DNA from: a virus
Taxonomy: Duplodnaviria; Caudoviricetes
Virus record (IMG/VR): IMGVR_UViG_3300049794_000017
Coordinates: 1-61,298 of that record
DNA: 61,298 nt
Reading direction: 5' to 3' (one strand)
The position numbers and the translations under genes are program-made. This document shows positions 45,185-54,510 of the stretch, piece by piece. Position 1 is the first letter of the stretch. Every line of letters begins with the position of its first letter. A model generated the notes under the pieces. That model saw only the letters and a list, made by a program, of their open reading frames with translations, searched no databases and was not told the DNA's origin.

Positions 45185-45774
45185 CGTTAGAACAGAGAAA
45201 GACAACTCCACAGAGAATGAGCCACCAGAGGAGAAACCACAGGGGCCGGAGAGAGAGACCTCCGGCAAGCCGGAACCGGATGAAGGAGCAAGACCGATGC
45301 CTGAAGGCGTCGAGGGAAGCGGAACCTGAGGAACGGCGACGGTGAGAGTCCGCGCCAAGCTTGAACCACAGCTTGAGAAACGGCGACGGTGAGAGTCCGC
45401 GCCAGGATCCGCTTCCCCCGAGGCCTTCAGCAACATCGAAGGAAAGAACGCTCCAACCCACCAATGAAGGAGATCGAGGTCACGATTCCGGCCGAGAGGG
45501 CAGCAGGAGCCGAAGCCAAGTGAAGAAACGTGAGTCCAGGTGAGCGCCGAGCAGGCGCAAACCACCTAGGCCGGTGACGAGTCCGGCGCCCCTCAGAGCT
45601 AGCTCGACGAGATCCGGTGAGAGTCCGGGTGGCAACAGACGAGTAGTGCCACGCACCGCGGTCAGAGTCCGTAGTGGGGTGAAAGACGGAAAGCAGCCGC
45701 TCGGCGCTCTCCTGGACTCACGTCAGCAACATCGAAGGAAAGAACGCTCCAACCCACCAATGAAGGAGATCGAC
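45185..45774 (+). ncRNA. Putative structured purine-rich RNA or long leader
   Basis: No convincing ORF; five CGGT(G/C)A(C)GAGTCCG hairpin motifs; 25-bp and 51-bp direct repeats. Confidence 0.45.
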
Positions 45775-45933
45775 ATGGAACGAATCATGAACCTCACGAT
45801 CGAGGTCACGATTCCGGCCGAGTACGCGGACAAGACCACCGACGAGATCGCGCTGGGGATCGAGCAGGCGATCGAGGAACACACCAGGCTCCTGGTCTGG
45901 ATCACCGAAACCACCAAGCCCGCCAAGGTCTGA
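45775..45933 (+). CDS. Small 52-aa protein
   Basis: AAGGAG RBS; MERIMNLTIEVTIP... Confidence 0.7.
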   Translation: MERIMNLTIEVTIPAEYADKTTDEIALGIEQAIEEHTRLLVWITETTKPAKV

Positions 45934-46053
45934 GCCCGCACGGTGACGCCCCGGAGACGGGGCGTACGCCGCGGGCGCTCAGCCCCGACCAACCCCACGC
46001 GTAGAGCGCGACAGCCGCGCTCCGCGACCCCGACTTCCCTTTGGAGGGAAACC

Positions 46054-46737
46054 GTGAACGCTCGCACCATCAAGACCATCCGGCTGCTGTCCGCCGGCAT
46101 CGCCGCCGTCGGCGCGATCGCCAGCTACGGCACCCAACACAGCCTGCTCATCGGCTGGGGCGCCGGCCGCTACTCGGCCGCGATGATCCCGGCCACCGTC
46201 GACCTGCTCGCGATCATCTGCGCGCTGGTCATCCACACCCCCGGCGTCGACCCGGCCGGCCGCAAGGTCGCCTACCGGGTGCTCGGCCTGGCCGGCGCGG
46301 TGTCCATCACCGCAAACGCCATGTCCGGCCACACCATCGGGCTGCGCGTGGCGCACGTCTGGTGCGTCATCGCCTACCTGGCCGCGGAAGCTGTGGCAGC
46401 CAAGGCGAAGGCCGCCAGCGGCACCCGCGAGATCGACGCGGTCCGCGAGGCGCTGGCCGCCGCGCAGCACGCCATCCGGGAGGCGGACGCCCGGGCGGTC
46501 GCCGCCGAGCAGGCCACCGCGGCGGCGCAGGCCGAGCACGCCAAGCAGCTGCGGGCGCACAAGCGCCGGCAGGCAACCGCGGACCGCAAGGCCAACGCGC
46601 AGCCCACCGCGGCACCAACCAACACCACCGCGCCGGCCGTCAGCCGGCTCTGGACGCCGGGTAGCCCCGGCGACCTGGAGGCCATCTACGCGATGCCCGC
46701 GGCGCCGGTCAGCCCGGCACCCATCAACACCCGCTAG
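46054..46737 (+). CDS. DUF2637/SpdA-like membrane protein
   Basis: GGAGG RBS; ASY...L...G...AAMIPATVD, 4 TM, SITANA, coiled-coil tail. Confidence 0.7.
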   Translation: MNARTIKTIRLLSAGIAAVGAIASYGTQHSLLIGWGAGRYSAAMIPATVDLLAIICALVIHTPGVDPAGRKVAYRVLGLAGAVSITANAMSGHTIGLRVAHVWCVIAYLAAEAVAAKAKAASGTREIDAVREALAAAQHAIREADARAVAAEQATAAAQAEHAKQLRAHKRRQATADRKANAQPTAAPTNTTAPAVSRLWTPGSPGDLEAIYAMPAAPVSPAPINTR

Positions 46738-46915
46738 TCCGGTCCTGGGGAGGCTCCGGACCCTGGGGCGCCGCCGGACAGGCAGCCGACCAGGCGGCGG
46801 CGATCGCGCTGACCGGGACCGCCGCCGACCACGGGACGATCGCGCTCAGCCCGCACCACTCGCAGCACACGAGCAGCCCACCGCCCGGCAGCACCGCGCC
46901 CACGAGGCTGTTCAC
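46724..46915 (-). CDS. Hypothetical protein
   Basis: GTGA-coupled; CEWCG. Confidence 0.5.
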   Translation of the reverse strand: MNSLVGAVLPGGGLLVCCEWCGLSAIVPWSAAVPVSAIAAAWSAACPAAPQGPEPPQDRTSGC

Positions 46916-47109
46916 CGGCCCTCCAGCTTGGTCATGCTGATCGTCATCCAGTGACTGCTCAGGCACCCCTCGCAGGTGTAGGCGATCTCCTGCGTCTGGA
47001 CGATGGTGCCCACCAGCTCGACGTTGGTGACGGTGCCGCAGTCGCACAGGCACACCAGCACGGTGTTGCCGCCGACGCCGCGGACCTCGATCAACTCCAG
47101 CGACCTCAC
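46912..47109 (-). CDS. Small Zn-ribbon protein
   Basis: CDCG...CEGC; coupled. Confidence 0.6.
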   Translation of the reverse strand: MRSLELIEVRGVGGNTVLVCLCDCGTVTNVELVGTIVQTQEIAYTCEGCLSSHWMTISMTKLEGR

Positions 47110-47432
47110 GCCGGCTTCCCGTAACGCCGGTACCTCAGCCGCTGCCAGAATCTCGCCGGCCGCCACACACACCCGACGGTGTGCATGCCGCCGTGCGGGC
47201 CCGGGCGGTAGTCGCACGCGTCACAGGCCCAGCCCACCCGCCAGAGCCGCCCGCAGTCGTGGCAACGCCACAAGTCGCCGTGGTCGCCGTCGACCTTGGT
47301 CTGGGTGAACGGTCGCGGGGCGGGGGCATTCGGAGTCGATGGGGCCGGGGGCCGGTAGGTCGCCTCGTACACCGGCGGCGCGCACTCGTGCACTGCCGGC
47401 AGGTTGCGTTGACGCAGCACGTCACCCATCAC
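47106..47432 (-). CDS. Hypothetical Zn-binding protein
   Basis: HECAPP...GDLWRCHDCGRLW. Confidence 0.65.
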   Translation of the reverse strand: MMGDVLRQRNLPAVHECAPPVYEATYRPPAPSTPNAPAPRPFTQTKVDGDHGDLWRCHDCGRLWRVGWACDACDYRPGPHGGMHTVGCVWRPARFWQRLRYRRYGKPA

Positions 47433-47806
47433 GGCCTCCAGCCCTTCATCCAGGGCAATACCCGCGTGTCCATGGTCAGGCCATCCTCGGACGCCACCAC
47501 ACCCGGGAACCTCTGCTCGTAACCCGCGTTCAGCGCGACGGCCTCACGCTCCAGGGCCGCATCCAACTCCTCGCTGGTGAAGACGCCCTTCTCCAGCAGC
47601 AGACCGGTCAGCGCCGTGACCTCCACCCGCAGCAGGATGCTCAACTCCCGGTGGTCGGACACCGCGTCGCACTCGGGGTCACCCTTGGCCCGGGTGCCCA
47701 GCTGCCAGCCGGTGAACAGGACCCGCCACTTGGTCAGGATGTTCAGCGCCCGCCAGGTGCGGTCCTGCTGGGTTGTCTCGTCAGTGTGCGACTGCTCAGC
47801 CGTCAT
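47429..47806 (-). CDS. Conserved hypothetical protein
   Basis: LTKWRVLFTGWQLGTR...LRVEVTALTGLL. Confidence 0.75.
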   Translation of the reverse strand: MTAEQSHTDETTQQDRTWRALNILTKWRVLFTGWQLGTRAKGDPECDAVSDHRELSILLRVEVTALTGLLLEKGVFTSEELDAALEREAVALNAGYEQRFPGVVASEDGLTMDTRVLPWMKGWRP

Positions 47807-47818
47807 GGTCTTCCCCTC

Positions 47819-48211
47819 TCACTTCTCGCGATACACATTCCGTGCCCGACGCTGCCGCTCAGCAGCCCGCTCTCGCACCTGCTTGGGCGTCGGCCTCTGA
47901 GTAGACACGGGCTGTTCTCGATCAGCCCCAGCCTCTCCATTGTGTTGGACGTTGTAACGCGGGTGCTCGGCCTTGATTGCCTCTTCTTCCGCTTGTAGAG
48001 CTTCCCGGCGACTGCCGAAATGCTGGACGTCAACGCGCGCGACGGCGGTCCACCAGGGCTTGTCTTCGCCATGGCGGCCCAGCCGTGTCAGCAGCATCGA
48101 CGTGATACCGACATAGAGCAGGCTCCCGTCTATTCCGAAGAAACGGTAAAGAGCATGCGGTCTCACGTCTGACGGGGACGCAGGTCCCGGCGGGCTTCCT
48201 GTGGATCTCAT
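47819..48211 (-). CDS. GIY-YIG endonuclease
   Basis: ALYRFF...LLYVGIT...RLGRH...KPWW...EEEAIKAEHPRYN. Confidence 0.85.
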   Translation of the reverse strand: MRSTGSPPGPASPSDVRPHALYRFFGIDGSLLYVGITSMLLTRLGRHGEDKPWWTAVARVDVQHFGSRREALQAEEEAIKAEHPRYNVQHNGEAGADREQPVSTQRPTPKQVRERAAERQRRARNVYREK

Positions 48212-48243
48212 GCTGCGCGCCCCTCGGGTGGGGTCGGTGCTCC

Positions 48244-48460
48244 GGGGTGGTTCACCGGAGCCCTACCCGAAGGGGGAGGCACTGGACCAGTGAACCACTG
48301 CAGGTCAGAGGCGGTGTCCAATGTGGATGGACCACTTGTCGGGTGGACCACCCCGTTTCCGCAGGTCAGAGGGTGGACCACTTTACTGGACCACCTGAAC
48401 CACCCCGAGAATCGGGGATATATGTGTGGTCCACCCCTTGGACCGCAGGTCAGAGGCCGT
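48244..48460. repeat. Iteron-like repeat cluster, candidate replication origin
   Basis: GCAGGTCAGAGG at 48300, 48361 and 48445; many (GT)GGACCA(C)/GTGGTCCAC motifs in both orientations, directly after the helicase gene. Confidence 0.6.
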
Positions 48461-48461
48461 G

Positions 48462-49916
48462 TCATGGATACCATTCCCGCTCCTCTTCCACATCTTGAGA
48501 TGCCTCATCAGGGAATAATTTGCCCTGTGCTGCGGCTGTCGGGAGTAGCTCAAACGACTGCCGGTGCTCCTCGATCGCCCGGTGGATCCGGCTTTTCGAC
48601 GTATGCAGCCGGGTGGCCAGATCCCGCTCGGACAGCTTCTTCCCGGCGTCATCGCACGCTGAGACAATCCGTAGCCACAGCGCCTCATAGGTGTCAGACA
48701 TCATCGTGAATGGCCAATCCCCGCCGCGTTGAAGCGCATCCGGCCACTCGCGTTCGTCACGCTGCCCGCGCCAGTGATCCAGCTCGCCTTTCGCGCCCAG
48801 GAAGACTCCGAACTCGGGCCACCGTAGCCACAGTGACGCGCCGTACGGGCGTTTAGGCCGGCGGCCACCATTGGATGCATGAGGGGTGTGCGCTTCCAGC
48901 ACAATCGCGCAGCCGTGATCGTGGCGGATCCGGTCGAGATACGCGGCGACGATCGCGGCCGGGCCTTCCTCGGTAGGCGGCCCAGCGACCATCTTGTAGC
49001 TGGGCCCGGTTACCAGGATGTCCGGATCGCGGTTCTTCACGATGTCCAGCAGCCGATCCCCGTCTTGCCGGTCTCCGAGGTTCAGCCCCGAGCAGATCTC
49101 GATGAACAGACCGCCTCCGTATCGACTGCCGGCCGCCAGACGAAGCCCTCGGAACTCGCGACGCAGCTGCCGATAGGTGTTCTCCATGTCCAACAGCAGC
49201 ACTCGCAGTGGCGGGAACTCGGCACCACCGAAGGGGTGGATCCCAGATGCTGCCTGTACGGCGATCTGGCGCAGCAGAGTGGACTTTCCTTGCCCCTCGC
49301 CTCCCGTGAGGATTACGCGGTCGCCGCGTTCAAGCAGCCCGGGGATGACCCAGTCGTAAGCCGGATCATCCCCGGAGAGGAACGCGTCCAGCTCGACCGG
49401 GTGTGGGCTGACAGGCTCCGGATCGTGACTGGCCACGCTGAGCGTCGCCATGTCGCCTTGAACCTGGGTGACCAGGCGGTCCAGGGCGTGGTCGACGTCG
49501 GCGCCCATTTCAGCGACGGCCGCAGCCTGCTGGGTGATGCGGGTGCCCGCCTCCCAGATGCGTCGGATCCGGACCCAGTCAGCCACCTGCCGGGCATGCG
49601 CCGGATTGGCCACCAACGGGGCAGCCTCGTACAGGTCGTGGACGTAGAGGGTGTCCTGGGGCTCGGACCAGCGGTCCCCGGCCGCTTTGACTCGGGCCGG
49701 CACGGTGACCTGATCGGGTGCCACCCCGTCGTCGGCCAGGGCGCACACGGCCCGCCAGATCGCGCCATGGCTGGCGACGTAGAACGGGTCGGGGGGAAGG
49801 GCCGCGCGGACGGCGGCGACGATTTCCAGTTTGCCGAGCAGGCAGGACCCGAGCACGGCACGTTCCGCGGCCGCGTCGAACATCAGCGGTGCGCGTGTCT
49901 CGCCTGCCCCGGCCAT
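48462..49916 (-). CDS. Replication protein: DnaB-like N-domain + AAA_25/RepA helicase + HTH
   Basis: AERAVLGSCL; WVIPGLLERG...GGEGQGKST; LLLDMEN; RPYGASLWLRWPEFG. Confidence 0.85.
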   Translation of the reverse strand: MAGAGETRAPLMFDAAAERAVLGSCLLGKLEIVAAVRAALPPDPFYVASHGAIWRAVCALADDGVAPDQVTVPARVKAAGDRWSEPQDTLYVHDLYEAAPLVANPAHARQVADWVRIRRIWEAGTRITQQAAAVAEMGADVDHALDRLVTQVQGDMATLSVASHDPEPVSPHPVELDAFLSGDDPAYDWVIPGLLERGDRVILTGGEGQGKSTLLRQIAVQAASGIHPFGGAEFPPLRVLLLDMENTYRQLRREFRGLRLAAGSRYGGGLFIEICSGLNLGDRQDGDRLLDIVKNRDPDILVTGPSYKMVAGPPTEEGPAAIVAAYLDRIRHDHGCAIVLEAHTPHASNGGRRPKRPYGASLWLRWPEFGVFLGAKGELDHWRGQRDEREWPDALQRGGDWPFTMMSDTYEALWLRIVSACDDAGKKLSERDLATRLHTSKSRIHRAIEEHRQSFELLPTAAAQGKLFPDEASQDVEEEREWYP

Positions 49917-49923
49917 GGCCGGG

Positions 49924-50109
49924 CTACTTCTGGGCGGTGGTCGGCTCGGTCTCCATCCGTCCGGTGCCCAGCACCAACTCGTCGGCCAACACCTCGGCGT
50001 TGCGGATCAGGTTCGCGTTACCCGCCCGCAGCGCGTCCATTTCGTTGAGCAGCAGCCGCACCGCCATCGCCGGGTCGCCGCCGCAGTCCGGGTACCCGGC
50101 GGCGTGCAT
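49924..50109 (-). CDS. Hypothetical protein
   Basis: GGAGGAG immediately before MHAAG; could be the tail of the upstream broken gene. Confidence 0.45.
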   Translation of the reverse strand: MHAAGYPDCGGDPAMAVRLLLNEMDALRAGNANLIRNAEVLADELVLGTGRMETEPTTAQK

Positions 50110-50459
50110 CTCCTCCCGCCAGGCGGTCGAGGGTGGGCGGATCCAGCTCCCGCAGGCCGTCGAGTTCAACGGCGGCCGCGATCTCGTCCTCGTACTGCCC
50201 GGCCCACATCCGGCCGTAGCGGCGCGTCATTTCCGCCCGGGCTTCCGCGCGGGTGCCGCCGATCCGCACGTACCGGCCGGACACGTCCAGCCCGGCCGGC
50301 CCGCTGACGATGCCCGGGGTGATGGGTGACCGGGAACTCCCAGTAATTCGGCGGCGGCGCGAGGCGCTGACCGGCGCCGAACGTGAAGATCCATTCCCGG
50401 GGCTCGTGCGGGTTGGGCGTAAGGGCATTCGCCTCACGCCCGGCGTCAAGTGTGCTCAC
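50018..50459 (-). pseudogene. Frameshifted conserved phage protein
   Basis: WIFTFG in one frame; RYVRIGG...EAR..M...YG..W..QY in the +1 frame; extra C near 50324. Confidence 0.55.
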
Positions 50460-50637
50460 GGTTACGCTCCTTCTCCGGTTCCTGGCCGGTCCACGCCCGG
50501 CGGTGCAGCGACCGGGCCACGATGTGGCCGGAATCGAGCACCTTGCCGGCGGCGTCGAGTAGGCCCATGGCCCGGTCGACGAACAGCTCCAGCCGGTCTA
50601 CCCGGGCCAGTAGATCCCGTTCCTGCTCCGGCGTCAT
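50446..50637 (-). CDS. Hypothetical protein
   Basis: MTPEQERDLLARVDRLE; coupled. Confidence 0.6.
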   Translation of the reverse strand: MTPEQERDLLARVDRLELFVDRAMGLLDAAGKVLDSGHIVARSLHRRAWTGQEPEKERNREHT

Positions 50638-50891
50638 CGCGTCGCCTCGCCCCGCAGGATGCTGGCCACCGCGCGGCACATCGCCCGCGCCACGAACGCT
50701 TGAAACCAGGTCCCGGTGCCGCGGCGGTGGCCCAGCTCGTCGAGCCAGTCGGCTACGGCGGTGATGGCGATCCGGCCGGCTTCCATGCGGCCCGCGCCGG
50801 TGGTGCCGTGGGGGCCCCGGTTGCGGCTGGCATGCTCGGCCAGCGCGGTGGACACCCGCGGCGCAAGTGGCGCCATGCGTTGTACCGTCAT
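50634..50891 (-). CDS. Hypothetical protein
   Basis: MTVQRM start; ATGA-coupled. Confidence 0.55.
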   Translation of the reverse strand: MTVQRMAPLAPRVSTALAEHASRNRGPHGTTGAGRMEAGRIAITAVADWLDELGHRRGTGTWFQAFVARAMCRAVASILRGEATR

Positions 50892-51058
50892 GCCGGCCTC
50901 CGGTGCCAGCGATTCCAGTGCGTCTCCGCGCGGGCCATCGTCTCGGCCCACGTCGGGTATGGGCCGTGGCGCAGCCCGTTTCCGCCCATGCACGTCCACG
51001 TCCAGCGCAGCGGACCAAGACGCCAGACCCGCATCCTCGGCTCAGCAACGAATGTCAT
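50888..51058 (-). CDS. Small Trp-rich protein (56 aa)
   Basis: MTFVAEPRMRVWRLGPLRWTWTC...YPTWAETM; ATGA-coupled at both ends; not in the ORF track. Confidence 0.55.
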   Translation of the reverse strand: MTFVAEPRMRVWRLGPLRWTWTCMGGNGLRHGPYPTWAETMARAETHWNRWHRRPA

Positions 51059-51480
51059 GAGTCGCTGCCGATCTGCTCGGTCAGCCGGGCAATCTCCGCC
51101 TGCTGGTCCCGCAGCCGCCGCTCCATCTCAGGGCCCGTCAGCCGCGTCGTGCGCAGCACCGCTGACGTGACGCCCACGCCGACGATCCAGGCCAGGGCCG
51201 CCACGATACGGATTAGCAGCGTCAGCGGCCAGAACGCCGCGCCGGAGATGGCCACCCCGACGTCACCGCCGGTGCGTTGCCGGACCGCCCCGCGCGGGGC
51301 GCGGCCGTGGCGCGGCTCGAAGGGGTTGAACCTGTCGCACGAGCAAGGGCACCCGTCGCCGCAACTGTGATGGCCGCATCCGTCGCACGCATCGCGCAGC
51401 ATGTACCAGCGCAGTGTCGGCGGGACGGCCACCAGCCAGCCCACGAGGTACGCGGCGGCGCCAAGCATCAACCACATCAC
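51055..51480 (-). CDS. Membrane protein
   Basis: Two TMs, AAFWPL, C-terminal coiled coil. Confidence 0.65.
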   Translation of the reverse strand: MMWLMLGAAAYLVGWLVAVPPTLRWYMLRDACDGCGHHSCGDGCPCSCDRFNPFEPRHGRAPRGAVRQRTGGDVGVAISGAAFWPLTLLIRIVAALAWIVGVGVTSAVLRTTRLTGPEMERRLRDQQAEIARLTEQIGSDS

Positions 51481-52133
51481 CGCGCTTCCTCCTGCCGGTC
51501 ATCGCGTGGTGCGCGGCGGCGCGGGTTGATCGCGAACCCCAACCCGTCATCGGGCAGGATCGTGCCGCGGCCGGCCGCCTTGTGCGGGTCGATGCGGGCC
51601 CCGTTGTCCCGCCTGGTGTCCGGCCCAGTCGTCGCCCCCCAGACCTTCGTCGCGATCACCAACTGCCACGTCTGCATCTGGTGATCGGTCTCGGGCATCG
51701 CCGCCAACACCCCACACAGCACATCGCGCACCAGCCAGTGGCAGATGCCGCGGGCCTGTTCGTCGTCGGCCACCGCGATCGGATGCTCGATCCACGTGTA
51801 ACCCCCGATGTGGTTGGTCGCGACGTCCGCCGCGATCCACAACAGGGACCGGGCCATGTCGTGGCCCGGCGCCGCCCGCACGCCCAACTCGACCAGGCTG
51901 AACTGGTGGCTGTAGGCCCGTAGCGGCCCCGCCACCGGTGCCGCGCCGGGCACGTCCGCCGTCGTGGTGACGGTAGCCAGCATCTGATGCTGGTGCCCGT
52001 GTTCACACGACGTCTTCAGGTTGATCAGCCACTGGTCGACGACGGCCGGGTGTAGCTCGGTGACCGCGTCCAGGGCCAGCCGGGCAGCGAAGGCCCGGTC
52101 GGTGTCCATGGTCAGCACGATGGGGCCACTCAT
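51477..52133 (-). CDS. Hypothetical protein
   Basis: MSGPIV start, coupled. Confidence 0.65.
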   Translation of the reverse strand: MSGPIVLTMDTDRAFAARLALDAVTELHPAVVDQWLINLKTSCEHGHQHQMLATVTTTADVPGAAPVAGPLRAYSHQFSLVELGVRAAPGHDMARSLLWIAADVATNHIGGYTWIEHPIAVADDEQARGICHWLVRDVLCGVLAAMPETDHQMQTWQLVIATKVWGATTGPDTRRDNGARIDPHKAAGRGTILPDDGLGFAINPRRRAPRDDRQEEAR

Positions 52134-52447
52134 TGCCCGTCCGCCTCTGCCAACTCGGCGGCCCGCTTCAGGCACAGGATCGCGTCCTCGTCTTCGGCGT
52201 AGTCCGACCAGTGGACGATGCAGCAGCCGGGGTGGTGGTAGTCGGTCTCCAGCACCGCATCGACATAGGGTGTCCACCGGTACAGGCTCACGTGGCCGAG
52301 GCTGACGTCATGCACCGCCCGCACAATGCAGGTTCGGCCTCCATGGCCGTGTTGCCGGTCGAAGTCGACGCCGTCGCGGCGTCGCTGGAAATGACCAACC
52401 TCAGCCATGCGCTCATCTGCGGCCCGTAACGCCTCGCTCACCTTCAT
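52130..52447 (-). CDS. DUF6197-like hypothetical protein
   Basis: LRAADERM...G..CIVRAV...W.D. Confidence 0.6.
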   Translation of the reverse strand: MKVSEALRAADERMAEVGHFQRRRDGVDFDRQHGHGGRTCIVRAVHDVSLGHVSLYRWTPYVDAVLETDYHHPGCCIVHWSDYAEDEDAILCLKRAAELAEADGQ

Positions 52448-52854
52448 GCGTCCACCAACTCTCCGGCCGCCAACAGCGACCAATCCACGTCCGACTCGCC
52501 CACACCCAGGCTGGTGCAGGCGTCTTTCCACAGCGCGTCAAGCCCGCCGTGCAGTCCGCGCTCCGCACTGTCCAGCACCGCGATGTCATCACTGATCTGG
52601 CGGGCGACGATGAGTGAACGGCGATGCAGGGCGCGTGCCGCGACCCGTTCGCGGCGGGACAACTGGGGCTCCGGTGCCAGCTCGGCCCACAGCGCGGCCC
52701 GCTCCTCCTCCGTGTGCTTCACCGGCTCCGTGACCGGCCCGGTGTCCCGGGAGCTTTTACGCGTCCGGTTCGCCAGCGCCGTCAACCCGGCCACCAGCAG
52801 CCCCACGGCGGCCGCGCCCCCGCCCGCGATCGGTATCAGCCACAACAGGTTCAT
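52444..52854 (-). CDS. Membrane-anchored hypothetical protein
   Basis: N-terminal TM. Confidence 0.65.
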   Translation of the reverse strand: MNLLWLIPIAGGGAAAVGLLVAGLTALANRTRKSSRDTGPVTEPVKHTEEERAALWAELAPEPQLSRRERVAARALHRRSLIVARQISDDIAVLDSAERGLHGGLDALWKDACTSLGVGESDVDWSLLAAGELVDA

Positions 52855-52860
52855 GAGCCC

Positions 52861-53016
52861 CTACTTCGTCTTGGAGACGACGGTGGGCGGACCATCGAGC
52901 ACGATCATGGCCTGCGCGTTGTCCCAGTGCGCCGGGCCGCCCTCGGTCTGCACGTCGCCTTCCCAGTAGGTCACGTACCGGGTGCCGTTGAGGACGATGT
53001 TCAGCGCCTGTTTCAT
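52861..53016 (-). CDS. Small hypothetical protein
   Basis: MKQALNIV...; ATGA overlap with the stop at 53013. Confidence 0.55.
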   Translation of the reverse strand: MKQALNIVLNGTRYVTYWEGDVQTEGGPAHWDNAQAMIVLDGPPTVVSKTK

Positions 53017-53403
53017 CGCCCACGCCGCCGCTTCGGCTGCGACCCGTCGGCCGGCTCGCCTTCGCCGACCGGCCCGTCTGTCTGCGGCTCTGGCTCCGGC
53101 TCTGTGTCGAACAGGGTGTCCGGCGGGTTGTCCCCGCCGGTGCGCTTGCCATAAGACGACGTCGATGATTCCGCGCACGATGGCCGCGTCTTCGCCGTCG
53201 GCGACTTCGATGATGTCGAACTTGACCTTCTCGGCCCGGTTGCCGCCGTCCTCGTAGTCGATGTTCGCCGTGGACGCGGACACCACACCCACGACGGTGA
53301 ACCTGGCCATCGGCTCCTTGGCGAGCCGGTCGGCGATGACCTCCAGCCCGTTGTACTTGCGTTGATCCTTCTTGAACGTGCCCTTGATATTCACGGCCGT
53401 CAT
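53013..53403 (-). pseudogene. Frameshifted conserved actinophage protein
   Basis: MTAVNIKG...NGLEVIA...IID then a shift at ~53160 to SYGKRTG...TLFD. Confidence 0.6.
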
Positions 53404-53411
53404 GGCTTCCT

Positions 53412-53696
53412 CTATTCGGACTCGATGTGAGGCGGGTCGTCGTCGACCGCCTCGGACTGCGGCGTCCACTCGGGCGCCAACAACATCACCTCGTTGACCG
53501 TCTCGACCGTGCCGTACTTGAGATGGCTCTGCCGGATCGGCTTGAGATGCCCGTCGACGGTGGCCTCCGCGACGATGCGGCGGGCGGCGGCCAGGTCGTA
53601 CCGGCCGGCCTCCTCGAGGATCGGGGTGTAGCCGCGTTCGGCCGGCGCCCACCAGGCCTCGTGTTCGTTGGACCAGATGACGTAGCTCGCGCTCAT
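53412..53696 (-). CDS. Conserved hypothetical protein
   Basis: YVIWSNEHEAWW.P...GYT...AGRY. Confidence 0.7.
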   Translation of the reverse strand: MSASYVIWSNEHEAWWAPAERGYTPILEEAGRYDLAAARRIVAEATVDGHLKPIRQSHLKYGTVETVNEVMLLAPEWTPQSEAVDDDPPHIESE

Positions 53697-54004
53697 GGCC
53701 GCGCCCCCGGCGGGCCCAGCGGGGGAAGAGGCGGCAGCGGCGGCATGGGTGGGCCGGCGCCGTTGCTGGGCAGGATCAGGCCCAGTTTCATCCGCCGGGC
53801 GTTCGCCGCGGCTTCCGCCAGTTGCTTGCCCAGGGGCTCGATCGCGTTCGTTACCAGCGGCTCCGGCAGCAACAGCTGAAACTGGGCCAGGCCAAGCGCG
53901 AACGTCACGAGGACCCACGGCTGCCCGTCGGGCCCGGGCGCCGGTTGCGCCCCGAAGTTCAGGCTCACCGCGTCGGCGATGCTCTGCGGTTCTGGTTGGG
54001 TCAT
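53693..54004 (-). CDS. Hypothetical protein
   Basis: GAGG RBS; Pro-rich tail. Confidence 0.6.
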   Translation of the reverse strand: MTQPEPQSIADAVSLNFGAQPAPGPDGQPWVLVTFALGLAQFQLLLPEPLVTNAIEPLGKQLAEAAANARRMKLGLILPSNGAGPPMPPLPPLPPLGPPGARP

Positions 54005-54510
54005 CGTGTTCCTCTCGGGTCGATGCGGCGCGGTGCGCGTTGCCGTACGGGTGGGCCGGAGCCGCGTTGCGCGCGTATCTGCCGCACACGCTCCAACGGA
54101 TGATCGGGCGGCGGCTCCGATCGGGGCATCACGACCGGCCCCAGCTCTCGGGCCACTTGGCCGATTACCTCGAACCGGTAGATGCCCGGTCTTTCCGGTA
54201 GCGGCCGCAGCAGCTCGGGTGGCACCTCGAACAGGTCCTCCGCGCCCTCTTCGGTGGCGCCGAGGCTGATCCACCCCGCTGGCCAGGCGCCGACCTGCGG
54301 CGGCGGCAGGACCGCCTCGTCGAGGTGCGCCGCGTAGGAGTCCATGAGCCGCGCCCAGACGGCGGCCTCAAGGGGCGAATGGCCGCCGCCGAACTCCTCT
54401 GCCTCCTGAGCGTCCGAGCTGGATCCGGGCACCCAGTGCATGGCGTCCGTAAACCAGCCCTCCTCGTCGACCTCACGCAGCGCCTGGTCAATCTGGTCAA
54501 GGATGTCCAC
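54001..54510 (-). CDS. Hypothetical protein
   Basis: DILDQID...DAMHW...GWISLGATE. Confidence 0.6.
   Translation of the reverse strand: MDILDQIDQALREVDEEGWFTDAMHWVPGSSSDAQEAEEFGGGHSPLEAAVWARLMDSYAAHLDEAVLPPPQVGAWPAGWISLGATEEGAEDLFEVPPELLRPLPERPGIYRFEVIGQVARELGPVVMPRSEPPPDHPLERVRQIRAQRGSGPPVRQRAPRRIDPRGTR

Noticed and set aside
45185-45774. Hammerhead ribozyme, or cobalamin/FMN riboswitch
   Set aside because: No CUGAUGA/GAAA core, B12 box or FMN consensus was found; only T-loop-like hairpins are present.
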